Of a stretch of 64,000 nucleotides of DNA, positions 9,796 through 20,356 are shown one piece after another. Below the pieces are notes generated by a model. It did no database searches and was not told where the DNA came from. It saw only the letters and a list, made by a program, of their open reading frames with translations. The stretch covers positions 143,143 to 207,142 of the forward strand of contig JAGWJP010000001.1 of the NCBI GenBank assembly GCA_028865725.1. The letters are read 5' to 3'. The DNA is from Patescibacteria group bacterium. Lineage in GTDB: Bacteria; Patescibacteriota; Minisyncoccia; UBA6257; JACRHW01. Position 1 is the first letter of the stretch; each line of letters starts with the position of its first letter. A program made the position numbers and the translations under genes.

Positions 9796-12700
9796 ATGGA
9801 AAAGGGTGTTATGGAGTTTATTTTTTCCCGCAATACCATACAAAAAAGATACATCGCTCGTGCAGTGAGCGGAGTGTTTTTTGTGCTGTGTTCTTTTGCG
9901 GCATTTATCGTTACCGTGCCCACCACGTCGGCCACGATCACCTCCCTTATTTCTTATCAAGGAAAACTGACGAATACGAGCAATGTCGCAGTAAGCGATG
10001 GGAGCTACACAATTAAGTTTCGCCTTTATACCGCTTCGAGCGGAGGAGTTGCTATTTATGCTGAACAGCAAACGGTTTCTGTCTCGAATGGTCTTTTTTC
10101 CGCCCTTATAGGAAACGGTACTCAGATTGAGGGGAGCGGTGCTTTGAGCTCCGTTAATTTTAACCAGGATCCTATCTATCTTGGCGTGCAAGTGCAATCC
10201 GATGCTGAAATGACACCGCGCAAACAGCTTGCTGCCGCCCCGTTTAGTTTTAATTCTGAACAGTTAGGTGGTAGGGCAGAATCTGCCTATGCGGTGCTTG
10301 CGGGGAGATCCGGCGGTCAAACCTTACAAGGCGGAACTGCCTCGGGCGAGGATCTTACGTTGCAATCAACCGCCAACGCGACGAAAGGAAAAATATTATT
10401 TGGAGCGAATTCTGCATATGATGAGGTGAATTCACGATTAGGAATTGCAACAACCACCCCAGGGTCAAGCCTTGTTATTCTTGGTGCTGATAATTTTGCT
10501 TCTTCCTCTGCGCTCAATGTTGTGAACGCAAGCGGGACATCGCTTTTATTTGTGCAGGACGATGGTGGTGTGGGTATTGGTACTTCCTCTTTATTGCAAT
10601 CTAAATTTGAGGTGAAGGGTTCAGATACCTCTCCTACGACGTCCGCCTTTTCTGTATATGATGGGAATGTTTCGAATCTTTTCAATGTGCACGATGACGG
10701 ATTTGTGTCGATAGGAACCGCGCTGTTACCGGGTGACGGAAATCCTGCAAACTTGTTCTCGGTCGCAGGGCAATCCTCAACGGGTAGCAATACTTCGATT
10801 ATAAATTATTCGAACTCATCCGCGGGCAATGATTTAATTTTTCTCAAAGCACGCGGTACTGTCGTGACGCCCACTGCTCCGTTGGCCGGAGATACATTGG
10901 GTAGTCTTCTTTTTAGTGGACATAATGGGAGCGTATTTAACGATGCAGGCGGCTCTGCGATTACGGCGCTCGCAGAAGAAGGGTGGAGCGGATCTGCACA
11001 GGGTTCCAACTTGGCTTTTTATACGACGAGTCTTGGCGCGACTTCAAAGACTGAACGCATGCGTATTACCGCAAACGGTTTGGTGGGAATCGGCACATCA
11101 ACTCCTGCTTCAGCGCTTGAGGTAAACGGCATTTCCGATATCACACAATTTACTATTCGCGCTAACAGTACACAGTCGACGTCCAGCCCCCTTATTACTG
11201 TACTTACAAGTACTAGTACCGAGTTGTTTCGGCTTTCTTCTGATGATCCATCAAATTTGTTTTTAGGAGCAAGCGCCGGAGCAGACAATACTGCAACACT
11301 TGGAGGAATTGATAATGTATTTATTGGTGGCACAGCGGGTAGCGTAAACACTACGGGGCAGGAGAATACGGGTATTGGGCAATCCACGTTGTTTAGTAAT
11401 GTAACCGGAATACAAAACTCTGCATTAGGGACCGGTTCATTATTGTCCAATGTGGGTGGTTCTGGAAATGTAAGCATTGGGTATAATGCAGGGCACGCAA
11501 ATGTCTCTGGAAATGATAATGTTTTTCTCGGTAATCAAGCGGGGTATAGCGAAACAGGCTCGAATAAGCTTTATGTTGCGAACAATTCCAGCACGCCGCT
11601 TATTTATGGTGATTTTGCTTCTGGAACCGTAGGTTTCAATACGACGTCAATTATCTCTCCCGCACATGTTACTGTTTCCAACGCGCTTGCAGTATCAACG
11701 TATGCCTCCTCCTTTTTCAGTACAAGTCCTGCGTCTAACTCAATACTTGTCCTTGCTGACTCGCGAGGAACTGCAGGGGCTCCTTCTGCGATACAGACGA
11801 ATGATCATTTGGGTATCATTGCGTTTACGGGTTATGGTTCTAGTACTATTGGAACAACGGGGGGGTCAGGGCTGTTAGGCTCTGCTACGGGAAATTGGTC
11901 TGATACTTCTCAACCATCGAGTCTCGGTTTCCTTACTACCTCAGTCGGCACTTCCACAAAAGCTGTCCGTATGATTATTGATGATGCGGGAAACGTAGGT
12001 ATTGGTACGACCGCACCTGCTTCTATGCTGGATGTATATGATGCTACAAGTTCGGGAAATACAGATGTATTTCGTATTCTCTCAGATGCAAGCAGTACTG
12101 GTAATGTAAAGTTTCGTGTTGATTCGGGGGGAAATGTATACAGCGATGGGGGAACGACAATGGGTACCCCTGCTGACGTCGCAGAAAATTATACTACCAT
12201 TGATCCTACGATCACTGCAGGAGATATCGTGAGCCTTACTCAAAATTCACTCGAAGTTGCAAAAGCATCAAGTCCGTATGATGCGCATCTCTTTGGTGTT
12301 GTTTCTACGAATCCTGGGGTACTTCTCGCGGGAAATCTTGGAAAAACAGGGAGTGCGAAACCTATTGCTCTTATGGGACGTATCCCTGTCCATGTTTCCA
12401 ATGAAAATGGACCGATTGCCATAGGGGATCCGATTACTTCAAGTCATACGCCTGGATTCGGGATGAAGGCTGTGCAATCCGGGCAAATTATCGGATATGC
12501 CTTGGAACCATACGATGGCGTGGCTTCCTCATCTACTATTTTGGTGTTCGCAGATTTGGGATATCACGCTGCTGATTCCGCGCTTGGCGGATTAGAGGGG
12601 GGTAGTTTGACTACGGGTGCTTCTACGCTATTTGAAAACGCGGTGACGCTCTTTAACGGCGCATTTAAGACGGCAGGAACCTGGTTGTTTGATACCATTC

Positions 12701-13047
12701 AGGCACATTTTGTGCAGTCTGATGTCGTGCATGTAAATACAGGTATTGAACTGGTGGATTCCAGCACCAACGATGTGTATTGTGTCACGATTCATGCGGG
12801 TGAAATTGTGAAAACAAAAGGAACATGTTCTGTAGATTCAACTTCGTTGCAAGCCCCCTCAGATTCTGCGAGTACGGAACAGACAGATTCTTTGCAAAAG
12901 ATAACGAGTTCTTCAACTCCTGCAGATTCCGTAACGCAAGCCTCTTCTTCTCCAAATGTAGATACTGATAAGAATGTTTCCTCGTCTTCTCCTGCCGTTT
13001 CCGCTACTTCTACAACCGAGGTATCCTCGAGTACCGCTTCCGAATAG
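9796..13047 (+). CDS. Large secreted fibre/adhesin-like protein with repeated ERMRI/GNVGIGT units
   Basis: Signal/TM, ISYQGKL N-terminal domain, repeated G.VGIGT.TP, beta-helix-like N..G repeats, D.AE.Y...GVVST.P...GR.PV C-terminal domain, Ser/Thr-rich tail. Confidence 0.8.
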   Translation: MEKGVMEFIFSRNTIQKRYIARAVSGVFFVLCSFAAFIVTVPTTSATITSLISYQGKLTNTSNVAVSDGSYTIKFRLYTASSGGVAIYAEQQTVSVSNGLFSALIGNGTQIEGSGALSSVNFNQDPIYLGVQVQSDAEMTPRKQLAAAPFSFNSEQLGGRAESAYAVLAGRSGGQTLQGGTASGEDLTLQSTANATKGKILFGANSAYDEVNSRLGIATTTPGSSLVILGADNFASSSALNVVNASGTSLLFVQDDGGVGIGTSSLLQSKFEVKGSDTSPTTSAFSVYDGNVSNLFNVHDDGFVSIGTALLPGDGNPANLFSVAGQSSTGSNTSIINYSNSSAGNDLIFLKARGTVVTPTAPLAGDTLGSLLFSGHNGSVFNDAGGSAITALAEEGWSGSAQGSNLAFYTTSLGATSKTERMRITANGLVGIGTSTPASALEVNGISDITQFTIRANSTQSTSSPLITVLTSTSTELFRLSSDDPSNLFLGASAGADNTATLGGIDNVFIGGTAGSVNTTGQENTGIGQSTLFSNVTGIQNSALGTGSLLSNVGGSGNVSIGYNAGHANVSGNDNVFLGNQAGYSETGSNKLYVANNSSTPLIYGDFASGTVGFNTTSIISPAHVTVSNALAVSTYASSFFSTSPASNSILVLADSRGTAGAPSAIQTNDHLGIIAFTGYGSSTIGTTGGSGLLGSATGNWSDTSQPSSLGFLTTSVGTSTKAVRMIIDDAGNVGIGTTAPASMLDVYDATSSGNTDVFRILSDASSTGNVKFRVDSGGNVYSDGGTTMGTPADVAENYTTIDPTITAGDIVSLTQNSLEVAKASSPYDAHLFGVVSTNPGVLLAGNLGKTGSAKPIALMGRIPVHVSNENGPIAIGDPITSSHTPGFGMKAVQSGQIIGYALEPYDGVASSSTILVFADLGYHAADSALGGLEGGSLTTGASTLFENAVTLFNGAFKTAGTWLFDTIQAHFVQSDVVHVNTGIELVDSSTNDVYCVTIHAGEIVKTKGTCSVDSTSLQAPSDSASTEQTDSLQKITSSSTPADSVTQASSSPNVDTDKNVSSSSPAVSATSTTEVSSSTASE

Positions 13048-13105
13048 GAATTCTTGACTTCACTTTTTTCTGAAGTTACAGTAATTTATACGCTACGAAT
13101 ATTTT

Positions 13106-15448
13106 ATGGAGGACCCCCATTTTTTTTCTTTACAAGGTAACAAGGGACAGCGTTTGGATGTTGTGTTGCGCATTATTTTTGTTTCTGCGTTTTTTTTGAC
13201 GCCGCTTTTTTTTACCTCTATCACATTTTCTGGGATTCTTTTTGATAAATGGATGTGGTGGTGTGGCCTTACTCTTGTTGGGTTTGTGGTGTGGATTATT
13301 CGGGGCGCACTTCAGGGGAGTCTTTTTGTGCGAAGAAGTGCGCTCGATTTTTTTATTTTACTTTTTCTTTTGGTTGCAGGAATATCCACGCTATTTGGCG
13401 TGGATATTCGGCAAAGTATTCAAGGGACCCCCAGTGATCCTTCCTACGGCCTGGTTGCATTTGTAGCGCTTGCGGTGTGGTACATGGTTTTTCTTTCTTC
13501 CCTCGTGGCAAAAGAAGAAGTCATTTTTTATATTAAAACGCTAGTTTTTTCTCTTGGTATTGCTTTTGTGTATGCTTTTTTACAGCTTACTGGTATTTTT
13601 CTTCTTCCTTTTCAACTCACTCGTACGCGTTTATTTAATACGGTCGGCGGGATAGTTGATATGGCAATGGTGGCTGGAATTTTTATTCCATTATGTATGG
13701 GATGGGCGGGGAGCATGGCGGAAGGATTTGGCGCATGGGCGGCCGGAATTCTTTTTCTTATCGTGCTTGCCTATCTTGTTATGGTGAATGTCTATTTTGT
13801 GTGGATTGGACTTCTGGTCGGGATTGCGATTTACCTTGCATTTTTGATTTCACATCGCGTTGCGTATCCCAACAGACGTGCGGTATTGTGGATGGGTTTT
13901 GCAACCTTTCTCGTCTCGTTATTGTTTGTTTCTGTGGGTAGCTTTGGATTAAGTCCTTCTTTGAATCTTCCCCCCGTAGTTCATTTAAGCGCCCAATCTT
14001 CTTTTCAAATCATAACGCATGTGTTTCATGCTCACCCGCTATTTGGCAGTGGCCCTTCTACGTTTTCCTATTCATTTAGCGCATTTAGACCCCTCATGCT
14101 TAATCAGGGCTCTTATTGGAGTTTGCGTTTTTCGGTTCCGTCCCATTCGTGGTTCAACCTAGCAAATGATGAGGGAGTTATTGGGTTGCTGGCGGGCATT
14201 ATAATATTGTTCTTCCTCTCTTTTATATTTGCTAAACGACTTATCCGCAATTCTCATGATCTTTATTCTGGATGGTATGCTTCGCTTGTAATCTCTTTTT
14301 TCATATGTCTCATTTATTCTTTTTTTAACATCATTCATGGAGGAGTGCTTTTGATCATGTATAGTATTCTTGCGCTTGCTTTGGGATTACTCGTGTTTGA
14401 GGATCCTTCTTTTACGCATCATAGACGCATTTCTTTTTTATTTTCCCCTAAGCATTCATTATTGCTTTCTTTTCTTGTGGTTCTTGGCATTGCGTTTTCT
14501 GTTGTGATGGCGACAGTGCTTGTGCGTGCATGGATTGCCGATGTAGATGTCCATTATGCATTTTCCGCCCCGACTCTGGAAACAACCGTAGCGGCATTAC
14601 AGCACGCAATTATTCTTGCCCCCTGGCGCCCCGATTATCTTGAAATTCTTGCGAATGCGTATCTTACGGGTGCGCTTAATGAAGCGCAGCAAAAAAAACC
14701 CGATCCTGCTCGTTTTGAGCACGCTGCTTCGCTTGCTGTTGAGGCGGCCACTCACGCTACCGTAATGTCGCCGCGACAAATGGAGTTCTGGCAAACTTTG
14801 GGAGATATTTATGCAAAGCTCGGATCATTTATACAGGGTCCTTATGATCTTGCGATTGCAAGCTATCAGCATGCATCTTCGATTGAACCCAACAATCCGG
14901 GTCTTTTTCTGAGGATCGGTGACGTTGAGAGATTTTATTCCTCCTCTGCTTCTACTAATGCAGAGCGTACCGATGCGGCTACAAAAGCATATAATGCATA
15001 CATGAACGCCCTGCAACTTAAGAGTGATTATGCAGATGCATATGTGGGGTTGTCGCATCTTGCCGAAGCACAAGGAAATCTTGATGAAGCGATACAGGAT
15101 ATGGAATCTGCAGCGCGTATTGCCCCCTCTGATGTTACTATTCATCTCTATCTCGCCACATTATATTATAACAATGCGGTGGCGAAGGGAGATGATCAAA
15201 CGTCTCTGGCACGCGCAGAAACAGAAGCACAGCAGATTATCATTGCAGTGCCCAACAATCTCGATGCCTATGTGATATTGGGACGTATTTATGAGAAACA
15301 AGGAAAGATCTCCGACAGTAAGAGTGCGTTTCAAAAAGCCCTAGAGTTGGCAGATGATCCAACGCTTAAAACTTCGATTCAGCAAGAACTTGATGCCTTA
15401 CAGAACCCTCCCGCCCCCCTTTCCCATAGTTCTCCAAAAAAGAAATAA
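13106..15448 (+). CDS. Polytopic membrane protein (O-antigen ligase/oligosaccharyltransferase-like) with C-terminal TPR repeats
   Basis: About 13 TM segments, HPLFGSGP..F loop, TPR repeats from about aa 490. Confidence 0.8.
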   Translation: MEDPHFFSLQGNKGQRLDVVLRIIFVSAFFLTPLFFTSITFSGILFDKWMWWCGLTLVGFVVWIIRGALQGSLFVRRSALDFFILLFLLVAGISTLFGVDIRQSIQGTPSDPSYGLVAFVALAVWYMVFLSSLVAKEEVIFYIKTLVFSLGIAFVYAFLQLTGIFLLPFQLTRTRLFNTVGGIVDMAMVAGIFIPLCMGWAGSMAEGFGAWAAGILFLIVLAYLVMVNVYFVWIGLLVGIAIYLAFLISHRVAYPNRRAVLWMGFATFLVSLLFVSVGSFGLSPSLNLPPVVHLSAQSSFQIITHVFHAHPLFGSGPSTFSYSFSAFRPLMLNQGSYWSLRFSVPSHSWFNLANDEGVIGLLAGIIILFFLSFIFAKRLIRNSHDLYSGWYASLVISFFICLIYSFFNIIHGGVLLIMYSILALALGLLVFEDPSFTHHRRISFLFSPKHSLLLSFLVVLGIAFSVVMATVLVRAWIADVDVHYAFSAPTLETTVAALQHAIILAPWRPDYLEILANAYLTGALNEAQQKKPDPARFEHAASLAVEAATHATVMSPRQMEFWQTLGDIYAKLGSFIQGPYDLAIASYQHASSIEPNNPGLFLRIGDVERFYSSSASTNAERTDAATKAYNAYMNALQLKSDYADAYVGLSHLAEAQGNLDEAIQDMESAARIAPSDVTIHLYLATLYYNNAVAKGDDQTSLARAETEAQQIIIAVPNNLDAYVILGRIYEKQGKISDSKSAFQKALELADDPTLKTSIQQELDALQNPPAPLSHSSPKKK

Positions 15449-15485
15449 TCCGAAGCCGCCTATCTACACATATTATTCATATACG

Positions 15486-15941
15486 ATGGATATTTCTAAG
15501 GTCGCCGAGCATCTTTATGTAGGAGTTCAGCCCCGGGGCTCCGATTATGATATTTTGATTGATCTTCATGTGAAGCTTCTCATTGATATGCGAGCATTTC
15601 ATCCACCTCATGCCGATCCTGAAGGACGTGATATAGAAATGGTGTGGTTTCGGACGTATGATTCCTTTTTGACTCCCATTCCTGTATCTGTGTTGCATGA
15701 AGGGGCCGCTAAAGCCCTTCCGTTTTTAGAGGAGGAGAAGAGTGTCTTTGTGCATTGTAAAGGGGGACGGCATAGGTCGGTTGCTATGGCGTGCGCTATT
15801 CTCATCGCGCAAGGTTATTCTGCCAAAGAGGCTATGGGGTTGGTGGCGTATGCACGCCGCGCCGCCGATCCTTATATTTGGTATATCAAGCGACAGATTC
15901 AACAATTTGAGCGACAATGGAAGGAACGGCCGGTGAGTTGA
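15486..15941 (+). CDS. Dual-specificity (Cys-based) protein phosphatase
   Basis: VHCKGGRHRS (CX5R) motif. Confidence 0.88.
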   Translation: MDISKVAEHLYVGVQPRGSDYDILIDLHVKLLIDMRAFHPPHADPEGRDIEMVWFRTYDSFLTPIPVSVLHEGAAKALPFLEEEKSVFVHCKGGRHRSVAMACAILIAQGYSAKEAMGLVAYARRAADPYIWYIKRQIQQFERQWKERPVS

Positions 15942-16292
15942 TAATCTAATACCCAAAAATGTGCGTTGTAATTTAAAAAACCGTCTCGGCGCGGTTTTTT
16001 ATAGTTTGCGTGTCTTGTAGCGATGAAGGAGAAGAGGGGGGAGAGGGATGAACGAACTGAAACTATTATGTCATATTATAATATTTATGCCAATTTTTCG
16101 TGTGTTCTTATAGGTAGACAGGTCTATGCGTAGGGATAGCTTGGTGATCGGCTGGCTCAAGAACGATCTGAGAGGATTACGTTGCGGTATTGAGAATTAT
16201 CTCCTCATTGCATATGGTTTACAAATTATTTTGATATGATATGCTTTTAGTAGCTTTTTCATAAATAAATCGAATAGTGGAGGAAGAACATT

Positions 16293-16436
16293 ATGGAGGA
16301 AGATACGGTTCTACGAACGATCAATTTTCCCAGATCTTTGGATGACGCGTTGCGAGAAGAGGCGCGTCGAAGACGTATTTCCAAGAATGATCTTATTCGG
16401 CTTTTCTTACAGGAGGCACTAAGTAAGAAAAGTTAA
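16293..16436 (+). CDS. Ribbon-helix-helix (CopG/Arc-like) DNA-binding protein, 47 aa, below the ORF-track cutoff
   Basis: MEEDTVLRTINFPRSLDDALREEARRRRISKNDLIRLFLQEALSKKS; GGAGG SD; downstream hairpin. Confidence 0.75.
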   Translation: MEEDTVLRTINFPRSLDDALREEARRRRISKNDLIRLFLQEALSKKS

Positions 16437-16684
16437 TTGTTCCTTATTTCAAATCAAAATTTCCCCGGTCAGATCGGGGTTTTTTCTTTTTTCTTGCCAT
16501 ATTTTTGAAATATCGTAGGTATGGAAACCTGTGAAATGAATTTTTCTATGATTTATTATCATATATAAGTATTACGTGTCTTATTATAAGCCGCAGAATT
16601 AATCTTTGTAATGCAATTATTGTTATTTCCTTCTCATGTGTTAAAATACCCGCAGTTCATAAAATATGAAGAAGGAGTGAAGTC

Positions 16685-17041
16685 GTGCACGAACGGCTTG
16701 GAAAATGTGGACCTCTTCTCCAAATTCTTTTATCAGAAGGAAATCATTCGAAAAGATTGGTTGTTGAGGTGTGTCTGTCGGAATATCAATTACCGATTCG
16801 GGTGCATGGTGAGTCAAGAGATGATTTTATAGAAAAAGCAAAACATTATTTTGAAGAGCGTTCTGGATGTTTGAAAAATTTTTTTGCTTCTTCTGGTGTA
16901 CGTATCATGGATGAGCTTTGGTTAACAGGTAGCTTACGGGTTGAGTTAGAGGCACAGTTTCTTTTTTGTTTAATGGATAATCCTCTTTTTTCTCAAATTC
17001 GTTCGATTGAGCTTCCTCATGAGATTATTCCTGATTTTTGA
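16685..17041 (+). CDS. Hypothetical protein, possibly subtilase-propeptide-like
   Basis: AAGGAG SD; perfect hairpin 17048-17074 after the stop. Confidence 0.6.
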   Translation: MHERLGKCGPLLQILLSEGNHSKRLVVEVCLSEYQLPIRVHGESRDDFIEKAKHYFEERSGCLKNFFASSGVRIMDELWLTGSLRVELEAQFLFCLMDNPLFSQIRSIELPHEIIPDF

Positions 17042-17313
17042 TCCAGAATAACCCTATCTATCAGATAGGGTTATGTATTTATAGGATAGATTTTTTCAGT
17101 ATCACTTCACATTTGTCCCTCAAATAACATTCCACAGGCTTACGCTCGTGGTATTTCTTGATCCCTTCGGTTGCCAAGGAATACCCGAGTCGCGCGCCCT
17201 CTTCCTGCGGTATACGCTCTCCTGGGTTTAATAAAAAACCACCGTTTTGGTGGAAGAAAATTTACTTTCATTAAGAAATTTTATATTCAGGAATTTCGGC
17301 GGCCCGCTATATT

Positions 17314-17622
17314 TTATGTGTGGGATTTTTTGGTTGCAAACCAATGGCGCCAATTCCACCAAGGATACCAGTGCTTTGGGGCGTCCTCAATAACGATGCT
17401 TCCGTAATTTCGTAACGTTTCTTCAAATTTTTCGGGCTTAGCCACATTTTGAGGAATTCCTTTTTCGACGGCACAAGGTTTGCAATGTCCATAAAAGAGT
17501 TCATAAGCGCGTCTTTTACAATACTGACACAACAACGTGGGTGGTGCTCCAAAAAGTCCTCCTGCATCAGCCAAGTAACCAGGGTGCTTTTCCCATTCGG
17601 GTTTGGAAGTGTTCTCGGTCAT
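17314..17622 (-). CDS. Hypothetical protein with two CxxC motifs
   Basis: AGGTGA SD, CQYC and HCKPC. Confidence 0.55.
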   Translation of the reverse strand: MTENTSKPEWEKHPGYLADAGGLFGAPPTLLCQYCKRRAYELFYGHCKPCAVEKGIPQNVAKPEKFEETLRNYGSIVIEDAPKHWYPWWNWRHWFATKKSHT

Positions 17623-17741
17623 TTTTTCTCACCTTTTTGGTTTGTGAACTAATGTAAGCATATCATTATTTATGTTTTTTGACAACAAAATTATTATAAT
17701 ATACTATTGTTATAGTACATTATTCTATTTTTGGGGGTACT

Positions 17742-18041
17742 ATGTCCGATCTATATCGTAAGGTTGATCCACAGACGCAATTTTTTTTGGAAGAAAAAAT
17801 AAACGCTGGTATTAATATTGCTTGTGAAGGATTTGTTGTCGTGTTTCAGGAGAGACTTGCAGAATTTCATGGGTGGTTGCGGCAAAATGAGTTGTGCATT
17901 GACTCTGAAATACAAGGAATTTGCACGTTTCATAATTGGTCAATTTCAGATATTCTTGGAATTTTGCGAGAAGATCCCCCTTGTCTTCAAAGGGTTGAGC
18001 TTGATAAGGGTTTTATTTCCGACGCGATGAATCAAGACTAG
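17742..18041 (+). CDS. Hypothetical protein
   Basis: GGGGG SD-like sequence, downstream terminator at about 18066-18090. Confidence 0.6.
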   Translation: MSDLYRKVDPQTQFFLEEKINAGINIACEGFVVVFQERLAEFHGWLRQNELCIDSEIQGICTFHNWSISDILGILREDPPCLQRVELDKGFISDAMNQD

Positions 18042-18382
18042 TTTTCATCGTTAAATTATTATGATAAAGGGCACACATGCCCTTTTCTTTATAGTGGTTT
18101 CTCCATGTTTTGAAAATTTAACATAAAATTCTGGGTCTGACAGAATTTTTATTTTTGATAACGTGTGTGTTGTGGCACAGTGGATGTGATGCGAGGGTGA
18201 AAGAATATAAGATAGTTTCTATTAAACCTAAGACGAATACCCCGAGCGTGATGGCCGGGAAGTTTATTTTTTGGTATTAGGATCTTCTTAGTGTTCGTTT
18301 TTTTATTGCGAGTGCGCAATCGAAACCATCGATTTCTGTACGGATATAATAAAAATCCCCTTATGGGGATTTTGTTTTCGGG

Positions 18383-18922
18383 TTATACCTGAAGCAGTTT
18401 TTGAAGGACAGCTAGTTCGTTGCGCACGCCATTGATAGCGCGGTGGGGCCTTGGTTCTTTAGGGATATCGAAATACTCGCAGAGTGCATCAAGGCTGAGC
18501 TTGGTGAGACCATGAAACTGGTTCACCCTCGACCACGCAATCGTCAGCAAATCGATTCTGTGGTAATCCATTCTATTTTTTGCCCCTGTTCTTTTGAACG
18601 CCTCATCAATAAACGACCAATCAAATGTGACATTGTGAGCGACAAATAGGGCGTGTTGGGTTTTTGTGGCGTATATGTCCATAACCGATTGAAGGCTTGG
18701 TGCGTTCTGCCAATCAGTTTCATTGTACCCGTTAACTTCAAGGGATTGCGGATTCATAACATCCAATCGGATCGGTTTTATTTTTGCTTCATATTCGTCT
18801 ACAATCTCTAGAGTTTTCTGATCGACCAGTAATAGACCGAGTTCGATGATTTCATGAATGTGTGCATCCAGACCTGTGGTTTCCACATCTGTGATCGCAA
18901 GAGGGCGTTCGAGGATGTTCAT
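18383..18922 (-). CDS. DEDDh 3'-5' exonuclease (DnaQ/oligoribonuclease-like)
   Basis: DVETTG, AHNVTFD, HRA motifs. Confidence 0.9.
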   Translation of the reverse strand: MNILERPLAITDVETTGLDAHIHEIIELGLLLVDQKTLEIVDEYEAKIKPIRLDVMNPQSLEVNGYNETDWQNAPSLQSVMDIYATKTQHALFVAHNVTFDWSFIDEAFKRTGAKNRMDYHRIDLLTIAWSRVNQFHGLTKLSLDALCEYFDIPKEPRPHRAINGVRNELAVLQKLLQV

Positions 18923-19138
18923 GGCATTCACCTTCCTATTCATTTATTAACATAACTTATTTTAGCGTAACATTTCTATTTGATCTGTACAGGATTGTCA
19001 TGGAAATTATGTTAAGAGACAGAGAAGTTTTTTCAAATATTCAAGCTTTAAGGGGCAGGGGATGAAGCATTGGTAGCAGTTTTATGTTTGGAAAGATAGA
19101 GGGTTGGAGATAGTTCCTCCGTGTTTGTCGTGTCTGAT

Positions 19139-19738
19139 TTAGTTTACTGATTCCTCCGTTACCGCATAGTTAATGATATCGAGATTACAACTCTTATGTT
19201 CCGAACACCATACTTGGCACTTTTCTGCCATGTTCTTGTCCAGATAAAGTAAACCACACTCATTACATTTATAATAATGTCTTTTGGGTTTAAACAGATA
19301 CTTATCCATACTCCATTCTTCCCAGCTTTTACTGATAAGAAGCGCGGCAAAAACCAGTATATAAATTACCGCAGTGCCAATATCGGTAGAACCGGCTTTA
19401 TATGGCCCACCGAAACCTTCCGCGGTGGACCAAATGATAAAAGAAAGAGTTATTCCTCCGTAACAAGCCAAACGTGTGAATATACCAAAAACAAGGCTTA
19501 ACGCGAGAGCCGTTTCCGCGAGAGCTACAAATACGGCAAAAAAATGAGGATTTATACCAATGATACTAATCCATAAATGAACCCATTTTTGTACGAGTAC
19601 CGATTGTTCTTCTGCTCCACTAGCTAAGTAATCTATGAAGTTTCTAAAGAAGTCAGGTTGCCACTTAAAGAAACTATCAATAGCCCAAATAAATCCGAAA
19701 ACGATACGAAGAATAGCAAATTTTTTTGTTGATTCCAT
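19139..19738 (-). CDS. DoxX/DoxD-like membrane protein fused to a C-terminal Cys-rich domain
   Basis: LRI.FG..W..D..FKW, AE...A, EGFGGPY..GSTD.G; tail CNECG...C..WC..H.SC. Confidence 0.75.
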   Translation of the reverse strand: MESTKKFAILRIVFGFIWAIDSFFKWQPDFFRNFIDYLASGAEEQSVLVQKWVHLWISIIGINPHFFAVFVALAETALALSLVFGIFTRLACYGGITLSFIIWSTAEGFGGPYKAGSTDIGTAVIYILVFAALLISKSWEEWSMDKYLFKPKRHYYKCNECGLLYLDKNMAEKCQVWCSEHKSCNLDIINYAVTEESVN

Positions 19739-19879
19739 ACATTAATTATAAAGCAATTTATTTCATCTAGCCACTTCTGTCGTTCAGCGAAAATTTGTAA
19801 ATAATTTACTCCATAGCGTGTTTCGCCATCGGGAAAAGAAAAAGCCATCATTATTGCAAGATGGCCCCTACTTGTTGTA

Positions 19880-20221
19880 TCAATCGAATTGCGTATCTGT
19901 TCCGTAACACCAACGGAACAATAGGGTTTCGGTGAGTTTCTCTACTATCTGTTTCTTGATATCGTTAGGATTTTTGATGGTTCTTTCTACCACGACATAA
20001 AAAAGGCGATAAGGAACATCATCTTCTTTTTCACTTTTCTTTGGCATATCCTTCATAGTCGTAGGCACAACCGCCGCTGCTCCCATATCAAACACTTTTA
20101 GCGGCAAACTCTCCAAAGCTGGTTTGACAAGCGTTGTGTCAGAATCTGTGAGCACGATGCTCATAAAGTGTTTCTTAAAGAGATGCATTTTCAACCAATA
20201 CGGCATAAGCTTTTCAAGCAT
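19880..20221 (-). CDS. Hypothetical protein
   Basis: GAGGTG SD before the ATG at 20221. Confidence 0.55.
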   Translation of the reverse strand: MLEKLMPYWLKMHLFKKHFMSIVLTDSDTTLVKPALESLPLKVFDMGAAAVVPTTMKDMPKKSEKEDDVPYRLFYVVVERTIKNPNDIKKQIVEKLTETLLFRWCYGTDTQFD

Positions 20222-20356
20222 ACAAAACACCTCTTTTCAATGAACATGAAACAACAATAGCACTTTGTGTTCTGATTTGCAATGAGTTTAAGTTTTTCGC
20301 TTCCATGAATTGTTTAAAAAATAAAAACCCCCACTTATACAGCGGGGGCTTTTCTA

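Noticed and set aside
17079-17307. Possible small minus-strand ORF or pseudogene downstream of 17314-17622
   Set aside because: Frames are short, break at an A6 run and show no recognisable motif.
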